From positions 96,001 to 160,000 of the forward strand of contig CAWCVB010000001.1 in NCBI GenBank assembly GCA_963798915.1: DNA of 64,000 bases. The letters are read 5' to 3'. A program made the translations under genes and the position numbers. A model generated the notes under the pieces. That model searched no databases and was not told the DNA's origin. It was given only the letters and a program-made list of their open reading frames with translations. Positions 50,075-59,680 of this stretch are shown here, one piece after another. Numbering within the stretch: position 1 is the first letter of the stretch; each line of letters starts with the position of its first letter. Source of the stretch: an uncultured Gemmatimonadales bacterium. Lineage in GTDB: Bacteria; Gemmatimonadota; Gemmatimonadetes; Gemmatimonadales; GWC2-71-9.

Positions 50075-51139
50075 ATGAACCTGTATTCCTCGGCTCACAT
50101 TGTGGCGCTCCTCCTTCCAGTATCGCTGGCTTGTGCCGGTGAACGGAGGCCCGCAGAGACTGCCGCTATCGATAGTCCAATGCAGCCACCAGCCTTCGCA
50201 CTCCACCCGATTGGCACCATCCAGGATGACTCCGCCGGTACTTGGAGAATGGGCAAGCCTCGGGCTGTTCAGATGGCCGGGCGCAACACTCTGCTAATCC
50301 TGGATTCAGACTGGAAGCACATTTTGGTCCACGATGCCGCGACGGGCCGTCTTCTCGGAATGATCGGAAACGGCTATGGCGCTGGCCCTGGCGAATTGGC
50401 CCTTCCCGTGGCAATGGTTGTCAGCGACACTCGCGTATACATCCTTGACTATGAACTTCGAAAGGTCAGTGTGTACAAGTTAACCGGTGCCTTTGTACGC
50501 GACATCTCCATCGCCTCCGTACAGGCTCGGGATTTCATTCTGGACCGTGACTCGCTCGTTGTCCGTCTCATGTCGCCCGATTCATCTGGTGCCCTAGCAC
50601 TTTTTGACCTGCGTGGCGATACAGCCATTAGATATGCACATCCCCTTGGCAGCCATGACCGGCAACTGGCTGAAGCGGGGGCTGGCGGCGTCCTTTTAGA
50701 GGCCAATGGTCAATGGCCTTCCGCATACATAAATGGCGACGGGAGCAGCATCACAAGTACTGATGGGTCGGCCCTGCACGGACCACTTGCAGCTACGACC
50801 AAGCTCCATACAACGACAAACGCTGGCGCAGCCTTACCATGGACGATTCCGGAACGCACAGCAATCAGTGCAACGAGGCTGACCAACGGCTGGCTTGTGA
50901 TCCTTGTGTCAGTAATACCTGTGAGCCGTTTGGTGAGCGCTGATAGCGTTCGCGCTGACTATTACCTCAGCGCCTATGATGCGACTTATCGTCCGCTTGG
51001 CTCTGCGATGCTCCGCTTGAATCGGAGTGACCTTCCAGTAGCCGTCGACGCTGGCGCGGCAGATAACGACCTCTATGTCAGCATCGTGGGACCATCGGGC
51101 CGTGTCGAGCACGTCAAGCTCGACCAGCACGACTACTAA
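50075..51139 (+). CDS. 6-bladed beta-propeller lipoprotein (copy 1)
   Basis: Lipobox SLAC. GNGYGAGPGELALP motif and YILD...VSVY...G.FVR. Confidence 0.8.
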   Translation: MNLYSSAHIVALLLPVSLACAGERRPAETAAIDSPMQPPAFALHPIGTIQDDSAGTWRMGKPRAVQMAGRNTLLILDSDWKHILVHDAATGRLLGMIGNGYGAGPGELALPVAMVVSDTRVYILDYELRKVSVYKLTGAFVRDISIASVQARDFILDRDSLVVRLMSPDSSGALALFDLRGDTAIRYAHPLGSHDRQLAEAGAGGVLLEANGQWPSAYINGDGSSITSTDGSALHGPLAATTKLHTTTNAGAALPWTIPERTAISATRLTNGWLVILVSVIPVSRLVSADSVRADYYLSAYDATYRPLGSAMLRLNRSDLPVAVDAGAADNDLYVSIVGPSGRVEHVKLDQHDY

Positions 51140-51155
51140 TGTGCATGGAGACCAT

Positions 51156-51689
51156 ATGACCACGGCCCTTAAGTTCGCCGTAATCATGGCGCTCGCCTTT
51201 GTTGGTTGGCTTCTCGGTCGACTGTCCCAAGGCCACACCGCTCGCGAGAGTCCATTGATGCTTGCGGTTGGCGAGACGATACCACCTGTTACGCTTAAAG
51301 GCGACGGCGGGCGCTCGATCGGAATTCGAAGCGCGATGGAGGAAGCGGACTCGAGTGTTTTGCTCATCGTATCATCGACGTGCAGCACCTGCATTGGTGA
51401 GCTTGCTTCATGGAATAGCTGGGCCCGTCAGAGCCCATCGCATCACATCACCGTTCTCGTTTATGCGCCGGACTCCTCATGGATAGGCCGTGCCCGAGCT
51501 ATGGTGAAGCCGGTATTCGATTTGAGACGGATCGCAGACAGGAAGACGGTGGACGCTCTCGGTGCGCACTACTCACCTACGGCATATGTCGTTAACCGAG
51601 ACGCGATCGTTCTTTCAGCGTCGCGAGGCATAGCCGCCACGGCCAGACTTAAGACTCGCCTCATGGGACCTGTCTCGAGGCAACCGTGA
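51156..51689 (+). CDS. Membrane-anchored thioredoxin-fold (TlpA/redoxin-like) protein
   Basis: GGAG RBS, N-terminal TM helix, VGETIP, CSTC (CxxC), cis-Pro-like SPTAYVVN. Confidence 0.75.
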   Translation: MTTALKFAVIMALAFVGWLLGRLSQGHTARESPLMLAVGETIPPVTLKGDGGRSIGIRSAMEEADSSVLLIVSSTCSTCIGELASWNSWARQSPSHHITVLVYAPDSSWIGRARAMVKPVFDLRRIADRKTVDALGAHYSPTAYVVNRDAIVLSASRGIAATARLKTRLMGPVSRQP

Positions 51690-51980
51690 CCTGCGAATCG
51701 CATGTGCTGTTTGAACACACTCTGAGATCTCAATGGACGCACTCCCGTCCGCCCTTTGTGGGCGTTTGCGTCGGACAGCAGCGGATTCGTCGCCATCTGG
51801 GCGCCTGAGACGCATGCCGAGGATGCCTCACCTAGTACCTTGGCGCGCCTTCAGGTCTGGACTATCACTCGCGAGTGCGGGCGGGCAATGCATCGGCGTC
51901 CGAGTATGAGCGATCAGGTACGTATGAAGAGCCCTTGCGTGGGGTCGTTCGCTGTGTCATCTAGAAGGAGGTGAGAGATA

Positions 51981-52226
51981 ATGTCAAATCACGTTTCAAG
52001 CGTGCTTTACCCAGTGCTGGCTACCGCGGTGTTTGTCGTTGCGGCCGCGCTCGGGTCAAGCCGGGCCGCTCAGGCAGCCGAGCAGACGGACTTCTGCCCT
52101 GGCGCAGATTACTGTTACACGGCCGGTGGATGCTCTGCATGCAAGAATACCGCGTGCATCACCGGCGGTAACTGCCCTGATCCAGGCACCCAAGGAAGCA
52201 ACTGTTACGTGTGTGCTGCTCCCTAA
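51981..52226 (+). CDS. Small secreted 8-cysteine peptide
   Basis: Strong RBS AGAAGGAGGTGA. Predicted 32-aa Sec signal ending AQA. 49-aa mature region with C-x5-C-x5-C-x2-C-x4-C-x5-C-x9-C-x2-C. Confidence 0.85.
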   Translation: MSNHVSSVLYPVLATAVFVVAAALGSSRAAQAAEQTDFCPGADYCYTAGGCSACKNTACITGGNCPDPGTQGSNCYVCAAP

Positions 52227-52309
52227 GGAACCATGCCGGTTCTAGACGCATGTGATCGATTGCAAAAGTTAACCGCAGGGCAAGTTGACCCACGCAAGGG
52301 AACTCCTGC

Positions 52310-53350
52310 ATGCAAGCGACTTGGTCCATCACAGTCGCCACCGTGTTGGTCGCAGCCTGTTCCTATTCTGAGGACTCTGCCGGCAGCTTGGCGCGGTCCG
52401 AGTTTCCTGCCAGCTGGACGCGCGTCGCAGCATTCGCCGCACCAAGCTCGCTCACATTGGGCGACGTCGGCGCGGCGGCCATTGCAGCGGACGGCACGAC
52501 ATTTATCCTCGATCCGTTCGAAGGCCGGGTGTACATCCGGCCAACGGATGGCGCAATCCGGTCCTTCGGGCGGATGGGCGACGGTCCCGGAGAGTTCCGC
52601 CAGCCGTTCAGGTTGATTGCCTTTGCGCCACATCGCATCGGCGTCGTGGACCGCACCCACGAAAATCTCACCATCTTCACCACGGATTCCGCGCCACCGC
52701 AACTGATCGCGGCGCACTCCTTACCCGCTGCACCGCTCGACTATTGCATCGGCCAGGGCTACGCCGCCGAACTGACGAGTGATCCGGCCAAGAGCATCCT
52801 GCTGCTGGATTCATCCTGGAGCCTAGTCGCTACGGTTGCGCTCAGCTCTGGGGTCGATAGCACGAGGCCGGAGACGCAGGCGACCGCCTTCTTCCGGCGG
52901 CAGGGATTCCTCGTCTGCGCGAGCTCCACGCGGCTCGTCCACGTCTCGCAGTCCGCGGGCCTCGTCAGCCTCGTTGACGTCGCAGCCCATCGTGTCATCG
53001 GCACCGACACGATTCCCGGATTCATTCCCTCGAGACTCTCGATTCGCCCCGGCGGAGTCCGCCTCGATATCGATCCCGAGCGTGGCGTAGCGGATCGCGT
53101 GATCAGCGGGGTCATGCTCTGTCCCGAAGTGGCGGGCTTCATTGTCATGGAGGACCGGCCCCGGCAGGATACCACACCACGACGGGTCTTCATGGCCGCC
53201 TACAATCTGATAACCGGGCACTTCGACAGCCTCCTGGGGGAAACGCCCGAATTCCTGGCGCTCGATCATGGCCTCGCCGTCTCGCGTGTTCGCGATCCGG
53301 AGCCCTCGGCGCAAATCTGGACGGTCGAGTCACACTGCGACGAACGATAG
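52310..53350 (+). CDS. 6-bladed beta-propeller lipoprotein (copy 2)
   Basis: Lipobox VAAC and GRMGDGPGEFRQP. Confidence 0.82.
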   Translation: MQATWSITVATVLVAACSYSEDSAGSLARSEFPASWTRVAAFAAPSSLTLGDVGAAAIAADGTTFILDPFEGRVYIRPTDGAIRSFGRMGDGPGEFRQPFRLIAFAPHRIGVVDRTHENLTIFTTDSAPPQLIAAHSLPAAPLDYCIGQGYAAELTSDPAKSILLLDSSWSLVATVALSSGVDSTRPETQATAFFRRQGFLVCASSTRLVHVSQSAGLVSLVDVAAHRVIGTDTIPGFIPSRLSIRPGGVRLDIDPERGVADRVISGVMLCPEVAGFIVMEDRPRQDTTPRRVFMAAYNLITGHFDSLLGETPEFLALDHGLAVSRVRDPEPSAQIWTVESHCDER

Positions 53351-53442
53351 CCTGATGCGCTGTCGGAGCCTGGACGACCGTGCGCCGCTTGCGGGCTCCG
53401 ACCTCCAGGGTACCTTGGGAAGACTTCCACCCCGGACGAGGA

Positions 53443-54543
53443 ATGCGCAGAGTCTGCTTCGCCGGCGGCCTTGTATTCTGCATCGCTAGCTGCCGCCAGT
53501 ATCAACATCCCACCGGTAGTGCCGTGCTCACAGTGGACACTGTCCCCATCACCGAGGCGCGCGCGACTGGGCCGGGCGGAGCGGTCGTCCTCGGCGATGC
53601 CGCGGCGGCCACGCGCCTCTCCAACGGCAATGTGGTCATCGCAGATGACAACAAGGGTGACATCGCGCTGCGCGTTTTTGACAGCACTGGCAGGCATTTG
53701 TTTGACTTCGGACACAAGGGCCGGGGGCCCGGCGAAGTCGAGGACGTCTCTTCCCTCGCGCGCTGCGGCCGGGATTCCATATTCGTACTCGACTCAAGGC
53801 AGCATCGCGTGGTTGTGTTCAGCCCGGCAGGTACGCTGGGGCGCACCAGCGCCGTTGAACCGATGGTCATGCTGGTCTGTTCCACCCATGGAGCGTCACT
53901 TGCCATCGGACCCATCCTCGATTTCTTCCGACCGACCGAACAGAACGCAGGACGCCTCCAGCATATGCACGTGGACTTGATGACTCCATCGGATACGGTC
54001 CGGCTGTACGACAGTCTGCCGGCCATTGACCCTCGCTTCGGCGGCAGGGTCCCAGCCTTTGCCATCGCGGGGAACCGGGCAATCGTCGGGCTGACGGATT
54101 CCGCCTTCGCCGCTGTGTTCGGGCCCGACGGAACCGAGTCCCCACCGATCCGAGTCTCCGACGATCCTGAACCGCAAACCCAGGCTGGCTTTGAGCGCAC
54201 GATCGAGGCGTTCTTCGCACACTATCCGGGACTGGCCGACCAGAAGGCCTCGTTCCTGAAGCTCCCACATCCTGCTCTGGCGCCCGCCTTCTTTGCGCTC
54301 TACGGCAGTCCGAACGGCGCGCTCTGGACTCAGCTGAGTGCACCGGACGATTCCACCGTACGCCTCCGCGCAACAGACTCGCTCGGCGCCGCTATCGGCC
54401 ACGTCACCCTGCCCTTCCCGCTCACCATCTTCGAAATCGGCGACGACTACATCCTGGGGCGTCGGGAAAACGAGTTGGGAGAGCAGCGGGTGGTTGTGTA
54501 CAGGATTGGCGGGATGGGCAAGATGGGCGGGACGGGCAGGTAA
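53443..54543 (+). CDS. 6-bladed beta-propeller lipoprotein (copy 3)
   Basis: Lipobox IASC, GHKGRGPGEV, C-terminal IFEIGDDYILG...NELGEQRVVVYRI. Confidence 0.85.
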   Translation: MRRVCFAGGLVFCIASCRQYQHPTGSAVLTVDTVPITEARATGPGGAVVLGDAAAATRLSNGNVVIADDNKGDIALRVFDSTGRHLFDFGHKGRGPGEVEDVSSLARCGRDSIFVLDSRQHRVVVFSPAGTLGRTSAVEPMVMLVCSTHGASLAIGPILDFFRPTEQNAGRLQHMHVDLMTPSDTVRLYDSLPAIDPRFGGRVPAFAIAGNRAIVGLTDSAFAAVFGPDGTESPPIRVSDDPEPQTQAGFERTIEAFFAHYPGLADQKASFLKLPHPALAPAFFALYGSPNGALWTQLSAPDDSTVRLRATDSLGAAIGHVTLPFPLTIFEIGDDYILGRRENELGEQRVVVYRIGGMGKMGGTGR

Positions 54544-54613
54544 ACCGGCGGGTGCAGTCGGATCGTTGCGGGTACACCCTGCGTCATGAGTTTCACCGCA
54601 ATTCGGAGCCCCC

Positions 54614-55819
54614 ATGCGCACCGAACACCTGCTTGTGCTCGCCTTTGGCCTCTCCCTCGGTTGCGCTGAGACGCATGGAGGTGAGGCAGTCTCCACCAGC
54701 GCCTCGACTCAGGGCGACACGGCAGTAGTCACGATTAGCGCACCCGAGTCGCTCCCGGCGCTGCTGGTGACACTCGACTCGGCCCGGGTGATCTGGACGC
54801 CGGAGGAGCTGGGCCGACCCAATGGCATGGCCGTGGGGCCCGATGGCCGACTTATGGCGAGTGATGGCCGGCACCTGTATGCCCGGCAACCAGGCGCCGA
54901 CACCACTGAAGTTGTCAGCCGGGAGGGCGCCGGACCCGGCGAATACCGTTCGGTCCGAGCGTTGCTCGCTGAGGACGATGGGTCATTCCTCGTGCTGGAC
55001 GCGCGACAACGGCGGATGATCCACTTCGCCCATGATGGCGCCCCGGACAGTACCTGGTCACTGAACCGGGACTTCGCGCAGGTCTCCTTCATGGCGCTCA
55101 TGAACGATAGCCCCGTCATCCTGGTCGGCCCGCGGCTGGTGCGCACCGGCGAACCACCGGACACGCTCTACCTCAAGCCGGCCAGTGGTGACACGGCAGC
55201 GGTGCTTGGCAGGCTCACGCAGTACGTATGGGCGCAGGCTCCGGGTGGCATGCTCCTGCCTCGGGATGCGTATCCGCCCCAGGCGCTCGTGGCCGGCACG
55301 GCAAGCGGCGGCTTCGCCTTCAGCGACGGCCTGCAATATGAAGTCCGCTGGTGGCGGCCCGATGCCTCACCGCGCTGGCTCCGGATTTCGCGCGCCTGGG
55401 CGCCACCGCCGACATCGAGTGACCGGGAGCCACCGGACAGCCTGCTCAGCCAGATGCGAGGCGGTGGCACGCAGATGCGGGAGATGGTCGGCGGAATGCA
55501 AAGGGGCAGCCACAAGTACAGCCTGGAAGATGTGGAACTCATGCCGGGCGGCACCCTCTGGACCAGGCCGATCGACAGCTCCTATGTATATCACCCGTGG
55601 TACTACAACTCGCTCAGCGAGCTCCGACAGCCCACTCGGCTCTGGGAAGTCTTCGGCCGGGACGGCAAACTGCGCGCCCAGGTGCGGCTCTCCTCGATGT
55701 TCACGCCCAAGACCGTACGCGCCTGCCAGCTCTATGGGTTCCTCGAGGACAACGACGGCGCGTACTCAATCGCTGCGATTCCGCTGGGGAAAGAATGCAA
55801 GAGGCTGGCTCAGTCGTGA
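54614..55819 (+). CDS. 6-bladed beta-propeller lipoprotein (copy 4)
   Basis: Lipobox SLGC, SREGAGPGEYRSV, WEVFGRDG. Confidence 0.85.
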   Translation: MRTEHLLVLAFGLSLGCAETHGGEAVSTSASTQGDTAVVTISAPESLPALLVTLDSARVIWTPEELGRPNGMAVGPDGRLMASDGRHLYARQPGADTTEVVSREGAGPGEYRSVRALLAEDDGSFLVLDARQRRMIHFAHDGAPDSTWSLNRDFAQVSFMALMNDSPVILVGPRLVRTGEPPDTLYLKPASGDTAAVLGRLTQYVWAQAPGGMLLPRDAYPPQALVAGTASGGFAFSDGLQYEVRWWRPDASPRWLRISRAWAPPPTSSDREPPDSLLSQMRGGGTQMREMVGGMQRGSHKYSLEDVELMPGGTLWTRPIDSSYVYHPWYYNSLSELRQPTRLWEVFGRDGKLRAQVRLSSMFTPKTVRACQLYGFLEDNDGAYSIAAIPLGKECKRLAQS

Positions 55820-57030
55820 CGGGCAAGGCGGACAAAGCGGGCAGGACGGGCTGGTTGCTCCTTCTCCTTCTGCTTTTGGTTGCCTGCAGTGAGGAGTCAC
55901 CGGCTGCGCGGACGCGGGTGTTCGACAGCGCTGGCATCACCATCGTCGAGAACAGTGACGCAGCCGAGCCAGCCATTGCCTCAAGGCTGGTAGAATCCCA
56001 CCCCATTCTGCGTATAGGCCAGGAAGACGGACCTGAGGCGTATCGCTTCGATGGCGTGCGAGATATCGCTCGGCTCTCTGACAGCACCATCGTCGTGGCC
56101 GACCGATCCGGCTCGATTCGCTTCTTCGACAAGCGCGGTCAGTTTCTTCGTGCTGTCGGCCGTCACGGTGAGGGGCCCGGCGAATATCGCGTCATCAACT
56201 TCATGCGACGCATTCGGAGCGATTCGCTGCTGGTCTGGGATTTCCCCGCCCGGCGCATCACGATACTCGCGCCTGACGGAACTCTTCAGCGCAGCGAGCC
56301 CGGTCCGGTGACGGAGGGGTTCTTCTATGGCTTGGACGCGTTCGCCGAAGGATCGCTCCTGGGCTCCTATGATGGTCCGCTCACTGGCGCCAGACCTGCG
56401 AATGGCATTCTCCGCACGACTTCGGCCGTGGTCCGGTTCTCGCCCTCGTCAGGCACGATGGATACGCTGGCACTGATCACCATCGGCAGCTCGTATGTGT
56501 CGGGAGGCGAACACTTCAGGATCTCCAGTATGCCCTACCCAGCCGAGGCCATGGCGATCGCGGCCGGACGCTCCGCGTATGTTGGAAGCAGCGAGCGTTT
56601 CGAAATCGCCTTCCGCAATGAGAACGGCCAATTGGTGCGTCTGATCCGCCTCGACCGTGCGCCTGCGGCAATCGATGACTCCACTCGCGAGCGCTACATC
56701 GCCGACCAGCTCTTGCACGCCCGCACTGAGGCCGGTCGGGAGCGGCTGAAGGCACTCTACGCCGAGTTGCCGTTCCCCAAGACCCTGCCCGCGTTTGGCG
56801 CGCTGGCGGTGGATGCTGATTCCAACCTCTGGGTGAGCGCCTACGCGCTCACGGACACGCTCCCGACGCGCTGGACCATCTTCGACCCGGCCGGCCGCAT
56901 CCTCGCCGAAGCCCGGACGCCGGCGCGGTTCAAGGTCTTCGCCATTGCCCGCGAAGATATCATCGGCGTGCGCTCGGACAGCGTGGGGACTGAGCAGGTG
57001 CAGGTGCTGCGGTTGCGGAAAGTCCAATGA
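55816..57030 (+). CDS. 6-bladed beta-propeller lipoprotein (copy 5)
   Basis: GTG start overlapping the upstream TGA. Lipobox LVAC, DSAGITIVEN, GRHGEGPGEY, VDADSNLWV, WTIFDPAG. Confidence 0.88.
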   Translation: MTGKADKAGRTGWLLLLLLLLVACSEESPAARTRVFDSAGITIVENSDAAEPAIASRLVESHPILRIGQEDGPEAYRFDGVRDIARLSDSTIVVADRSGSIRFFDKRGQFLRAVGRHGEGPGEYRVINFMRRIRSDSLLVWDFPARRITILAPDGTLQRSEPGPVTEGFFYGLDAFAEGSLLGSYDGPLTGARPANGILRTTSAVVRFSPSSGTMDTLALITIGSSYVSGGEHFRISSMPYPAEAMAIAAGRSAYVGSSERFEIAFRNENGQLVRLIRLDRAPAAIDDSTRERYIADQLLHARTEAGRERLKALYAELPFPKTLPAFGALAVDADSNLWVSAYALTDTLPTRWTIFDPAGRILAEARTPARFKVFAIAREDIIGVRSDSVGTEQVQVLRLRKVQ

Positions 57031-57266
57031 AGCGAGTGGGCAGGATGGACCAGCGTCGCGTCACCCTGCGGGCGCCGACCCCCGCTTTCCCGAAGGGAAC
57101 AGCGGCTATCGGGGCGGGTTCGAGAAGGCGACCGCGCTGCCCCAAACCGTGGCGATTCCGCTACGAATACGGTACCGGCCGCACTTTCGGGGTGATAGAG
57201 GGCTACGGGCTGCAGGCGATCCTGGCGCATGCCCCCTTGCCAACTCCTGCCGCCGAGCCGAGCCTT

Positions 57267-57854
57267 ATGGGTATGCCTGATACAGCTGGACGCGAGACGC
57301 GGGACGCGAGACGCTGGACCCGGGACGCGGTGCTCGCGCTCCCCGACGATGGCCGTCGCTACGAACTCATTGACGGTCAGCTGGTCGTGACGTCGGCGCC
57401 CTCCGGCGGCCACCAGGTGGCCGTCACCACCCTGCTGCTGCGCATCGGGCCTGTCCTGAAGCAGGCAGCCGACACCAGCGCCCGCATCCTGGTGTCCCCG
57501 GCGGACATCAGCCTGGGTGAGGAGGAAATTCTCCAGCCCGACCTGTTCATCTATCTGGCCGAAACCGGGCGACAGCTCACTGAATGGAGCGACATTTCAT
57601 CGCTCCTGGTCGCCATCGAGATCCTGTCGCCTTCGACGGCGCGGTACGACAGAGGACTCAAGCGACTGCGCTACCAGCGCGCGCTCGTGCCGGAATACTG
57701 GATCGTGGATCTGGACGGAAGACTGGTGGAGCGCTGGCGACCGGACGACACGCGGCCGGAGGTGTTGCGCGAGCGATTGCTCTGGGCGTCGGGTGACGGA
57801 GCCGAAGTGGATCTAGACCTGCGGGAATTCTTCAGGGAAGTGGCGGGAACATGA
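57267..57854 (+). CDS. Uma2 (DUF820) family PD-(D/E)XK endonuclease, copy 1
   Basis: Motifs YELIDG.LVV..P...HQ, QPD, EILSPST...D...K...Y, VPEYWIVD. Confidence 0.92.
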   Translation: MGMPDTAGRETRDARRWTRDAVLALPDDGRRYELIDGQLVVTSAPSGGHQVAVTTLLLRIGPVLKQAADTSARILVSPADISLGEEEILQPDLFIYLAETGRQLTEWSDISSLLVAIEILSPSTARYDRGLKRLRYQRALVPEYWIVDLDGRLVERWRPDDTRPEVLRERLLWASGDGAEVDLDLREFFREVAGT

Positions 57855-58101
57855 AGGGCAGACGGACAGGGCGCATCTGACGTAGCACATCATTGCGAGG
57901 AGGCGCCGACGGCGCCGACGAAGCAATGACGAATTGGCAAGCTGTCGCCGCAGGCGACGCCTGCCGAGCCACGGTCATCAGCCGCGGGAAACCCGGCACC
58001 AATCCGCCACCGGCCGCGTTTCCTCGATGACAGCGAGCAGTGCGGCGCTGGCGATCCTGAGGCATGCCCCCTTGCCAACTCCCGCCGCCGAGCCGAGCCT
58101 T
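57855..58101. repeat. 247-bp inter-Uma2 spacer containing a TCATTGC...GCAATGA REP-like palindrome
   Basis: Nearly identical to 58690-58936. Palindrome at ~57890-57930. Confidence 0.9.
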
Positions 58102-58689
58102 ATGGGTATGCCTGATACAGCTGGACGCGAGACGCGGGACGCGAGACGCTGGACCCGGGACGCGGTGCTCGCGCTCCCCGACGATGGCCGTCGCTACGAG
58201 CTTATTGACGGCGAACTGGTGGTGACGCCGGCGCCCGCTTGGCGGCACCAGGGAGCTGTCACCACGTTATGCGCCGTCCTGAAGCAGGCCTTGGATCGCG
58301 CTCCGGGCACCGTTGCGCGATTGCTGGTCTCCCCGGCGGACATCCAACTTGGTGAAGAAGAGATCCTTCAGCCGGATCTGTTCGTCTACACGATCGCGTC
58401 CGGACCGCGGGCGGAGGATTGGGGTGATATTTCGGGGCTCCTGCTCGTGATTGAAGTCCTCTCGCCCTCCACCGCGCGCTACGACCGGGGCCTGAAGCGG
58501 CTGCGATACCAGCGGGCCCGGGTGCCCGAATACTGGATCGTGGATCTCGACGGCCGCGTCGTGGAACGCTGGCGCCCGGATGATGCGCGGCCGGAGGTAC
58601 TGGCTGATCGGCTGCAGTGGTCGTCGGGCGATGGGGCTGAGGTGAACCTGGATCTGGAGGCGTTCTTCAGGGAAGTGGCGGGAACATGA
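58102..58689 (+). CDS. Uma2 family endonuclease, copy 2
   Basis: Same motifs. Start is exactly 835 bp after copy 1. Confidence 0.92.
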   Translation: MGMPDTAGRETRDARRWTRDAVLALPDDGRRYELIDGELVVTPAPAWRHQGAVTTLCAVLKQALDRAPGTVARLLVSPADIQLGEEEILQPDLFVYTIASGPRAEDWGDISGLLLVIEVLSPSTARYDRGLKRLRYQRARVPEYWIVDLDGRVVERWRPDDARPEVLADRLQWSSGDGAEVNLDLEAFFREVAGT

Positions 58690-58936
58690 AGGGCGGGCGG
58701 ACTAGGCGCATCTGACGTAGCACGTCATTGCGAGGAGGCGCCGACGGCGCCGACGAAGCAATGACGAATTGGCAAGCTGTCGCCGCAGGCGACGCCTGCC
58801 GAGCCACGGTCATCAGCCGCGGGAAACCCGGCACCAATCCGCCACCGGCCGCGTTTTCTCGATGACAGCGAGCAGTGCGGCGCTGGCGATCCTGAGGCAT
58901 GCCCCCTTGCCAACTCCCGCTGCCGAGCCGAGCCTT
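58690..58936. repeat. Second inter-Uma2 spacer with a CGTCATTGC...GCAATGACG palindrome (58723-58766)
   Basis: Direct comparison with 57855-58101. Confidence 0.9.
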
Positions 58937-59521
58937 ATGGGTATGCCTGATACAGCTGGACGCGAGACGCGGGACGCGAGACGCTGGACCCGGGACGCGG
59001 TGCTCGCGCTCCCCGACGACGGCCGGCGCCGCGAACTTATTGACGGCGAACTGGTCGTGACGCCGTCGCCGTCCGATTCCCATCAGCGTGCTGTTGGGGA
59101 GCTGTATTTCCTGCTTCGGCTGGCGCTATCGCGAACCCCGGAAACTGCGGCGAGCCTTCTCTTCTCCCCAGCCGATATCAGCCTCGGCGAGGATGAAATC
59201 CTTCAGCCGGACCTCTTCATCTACCGAACCGCCAGCGGACGGATTCGGGAATGGAGCGACATAGCTTCGCTCCTGGTCGCCATCGAGATTCTCTCCCCCT
59301 CCACCGCGCGCTACGATCGCGGCCTCAAGCGGCTGCGCTACCAGCGGGCCCGGGTGCCCGAATACTGGATCGTGGATCTCGACGGCCGCGTCGTGGAACG
59401 CTGGCGCCCGGATGATGCGCGGCCGGAGGTACTGGCTGATCGGCTGCAGTGGTCGTCGGGCGATGGGGCTGAGGTGAACCTGGATCTGGAGGCGTTCTTC
59501 AGGGAAGTGGCGGGAGAGTAG
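58937..59521 (+). CDS. Uma2 family endonuclease, copy 3
   Basis: Same motifs. Start is 835 bp after copy 2. Confidence 0.92.
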   Translation: MGMPDTAGRETRDARRWTRDAVLALPDDGRRRELIDGELVVTPSPSDSHQRAVGELYFLLRLALSRTPETAASLLFSPADISLGEDEILQPDLFIYRTASGRIREWSDIASLLVAIEILSPSTARYDRGLKRLRYQRARVPEYWIVDLDGRVVERWRPDDARPEVLADRLQWSSGDGAEVNLDLEAFFREVAGE

Positions 59522-59680
59522 GACAGACGGACGGCTGGACGGCTGGACGGCTGGACGGGCCGAAGCTGACCTGGAGCTCCGGCCCTTCGCTCGCGGTGCT
59601 CGCTCAGAGTGACATATCTCGCGACGCCTCGACGCCTCGACCTGCGACCGCCTAGCCGCCTAGCCGCCTAGCCGCCTAGC
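59521..59680. repeat. 8-mer tracts (GACGGCTG)n and (CGCCTAGC)n around a half REP-like element
   Basis: ccggcccttcgctcgcggtgctcgct...gtgaca is the reverse complement of the core at ~15296-15320. Confidence 0.75.

Noticed and set aside
51981..52226. Radical-SAM, lanthipeptide or double-glycine RiPP precursor
   Set aside because: No modifying enzyme or C39 transporter is nearby, and the leader looks like a Sec signal.
57267..59521. Diversity-generating retroelement acting on the Uma2 copies
   Set aside because: No reverse transcriptase is in the window, and the differences are not confined to adenines.
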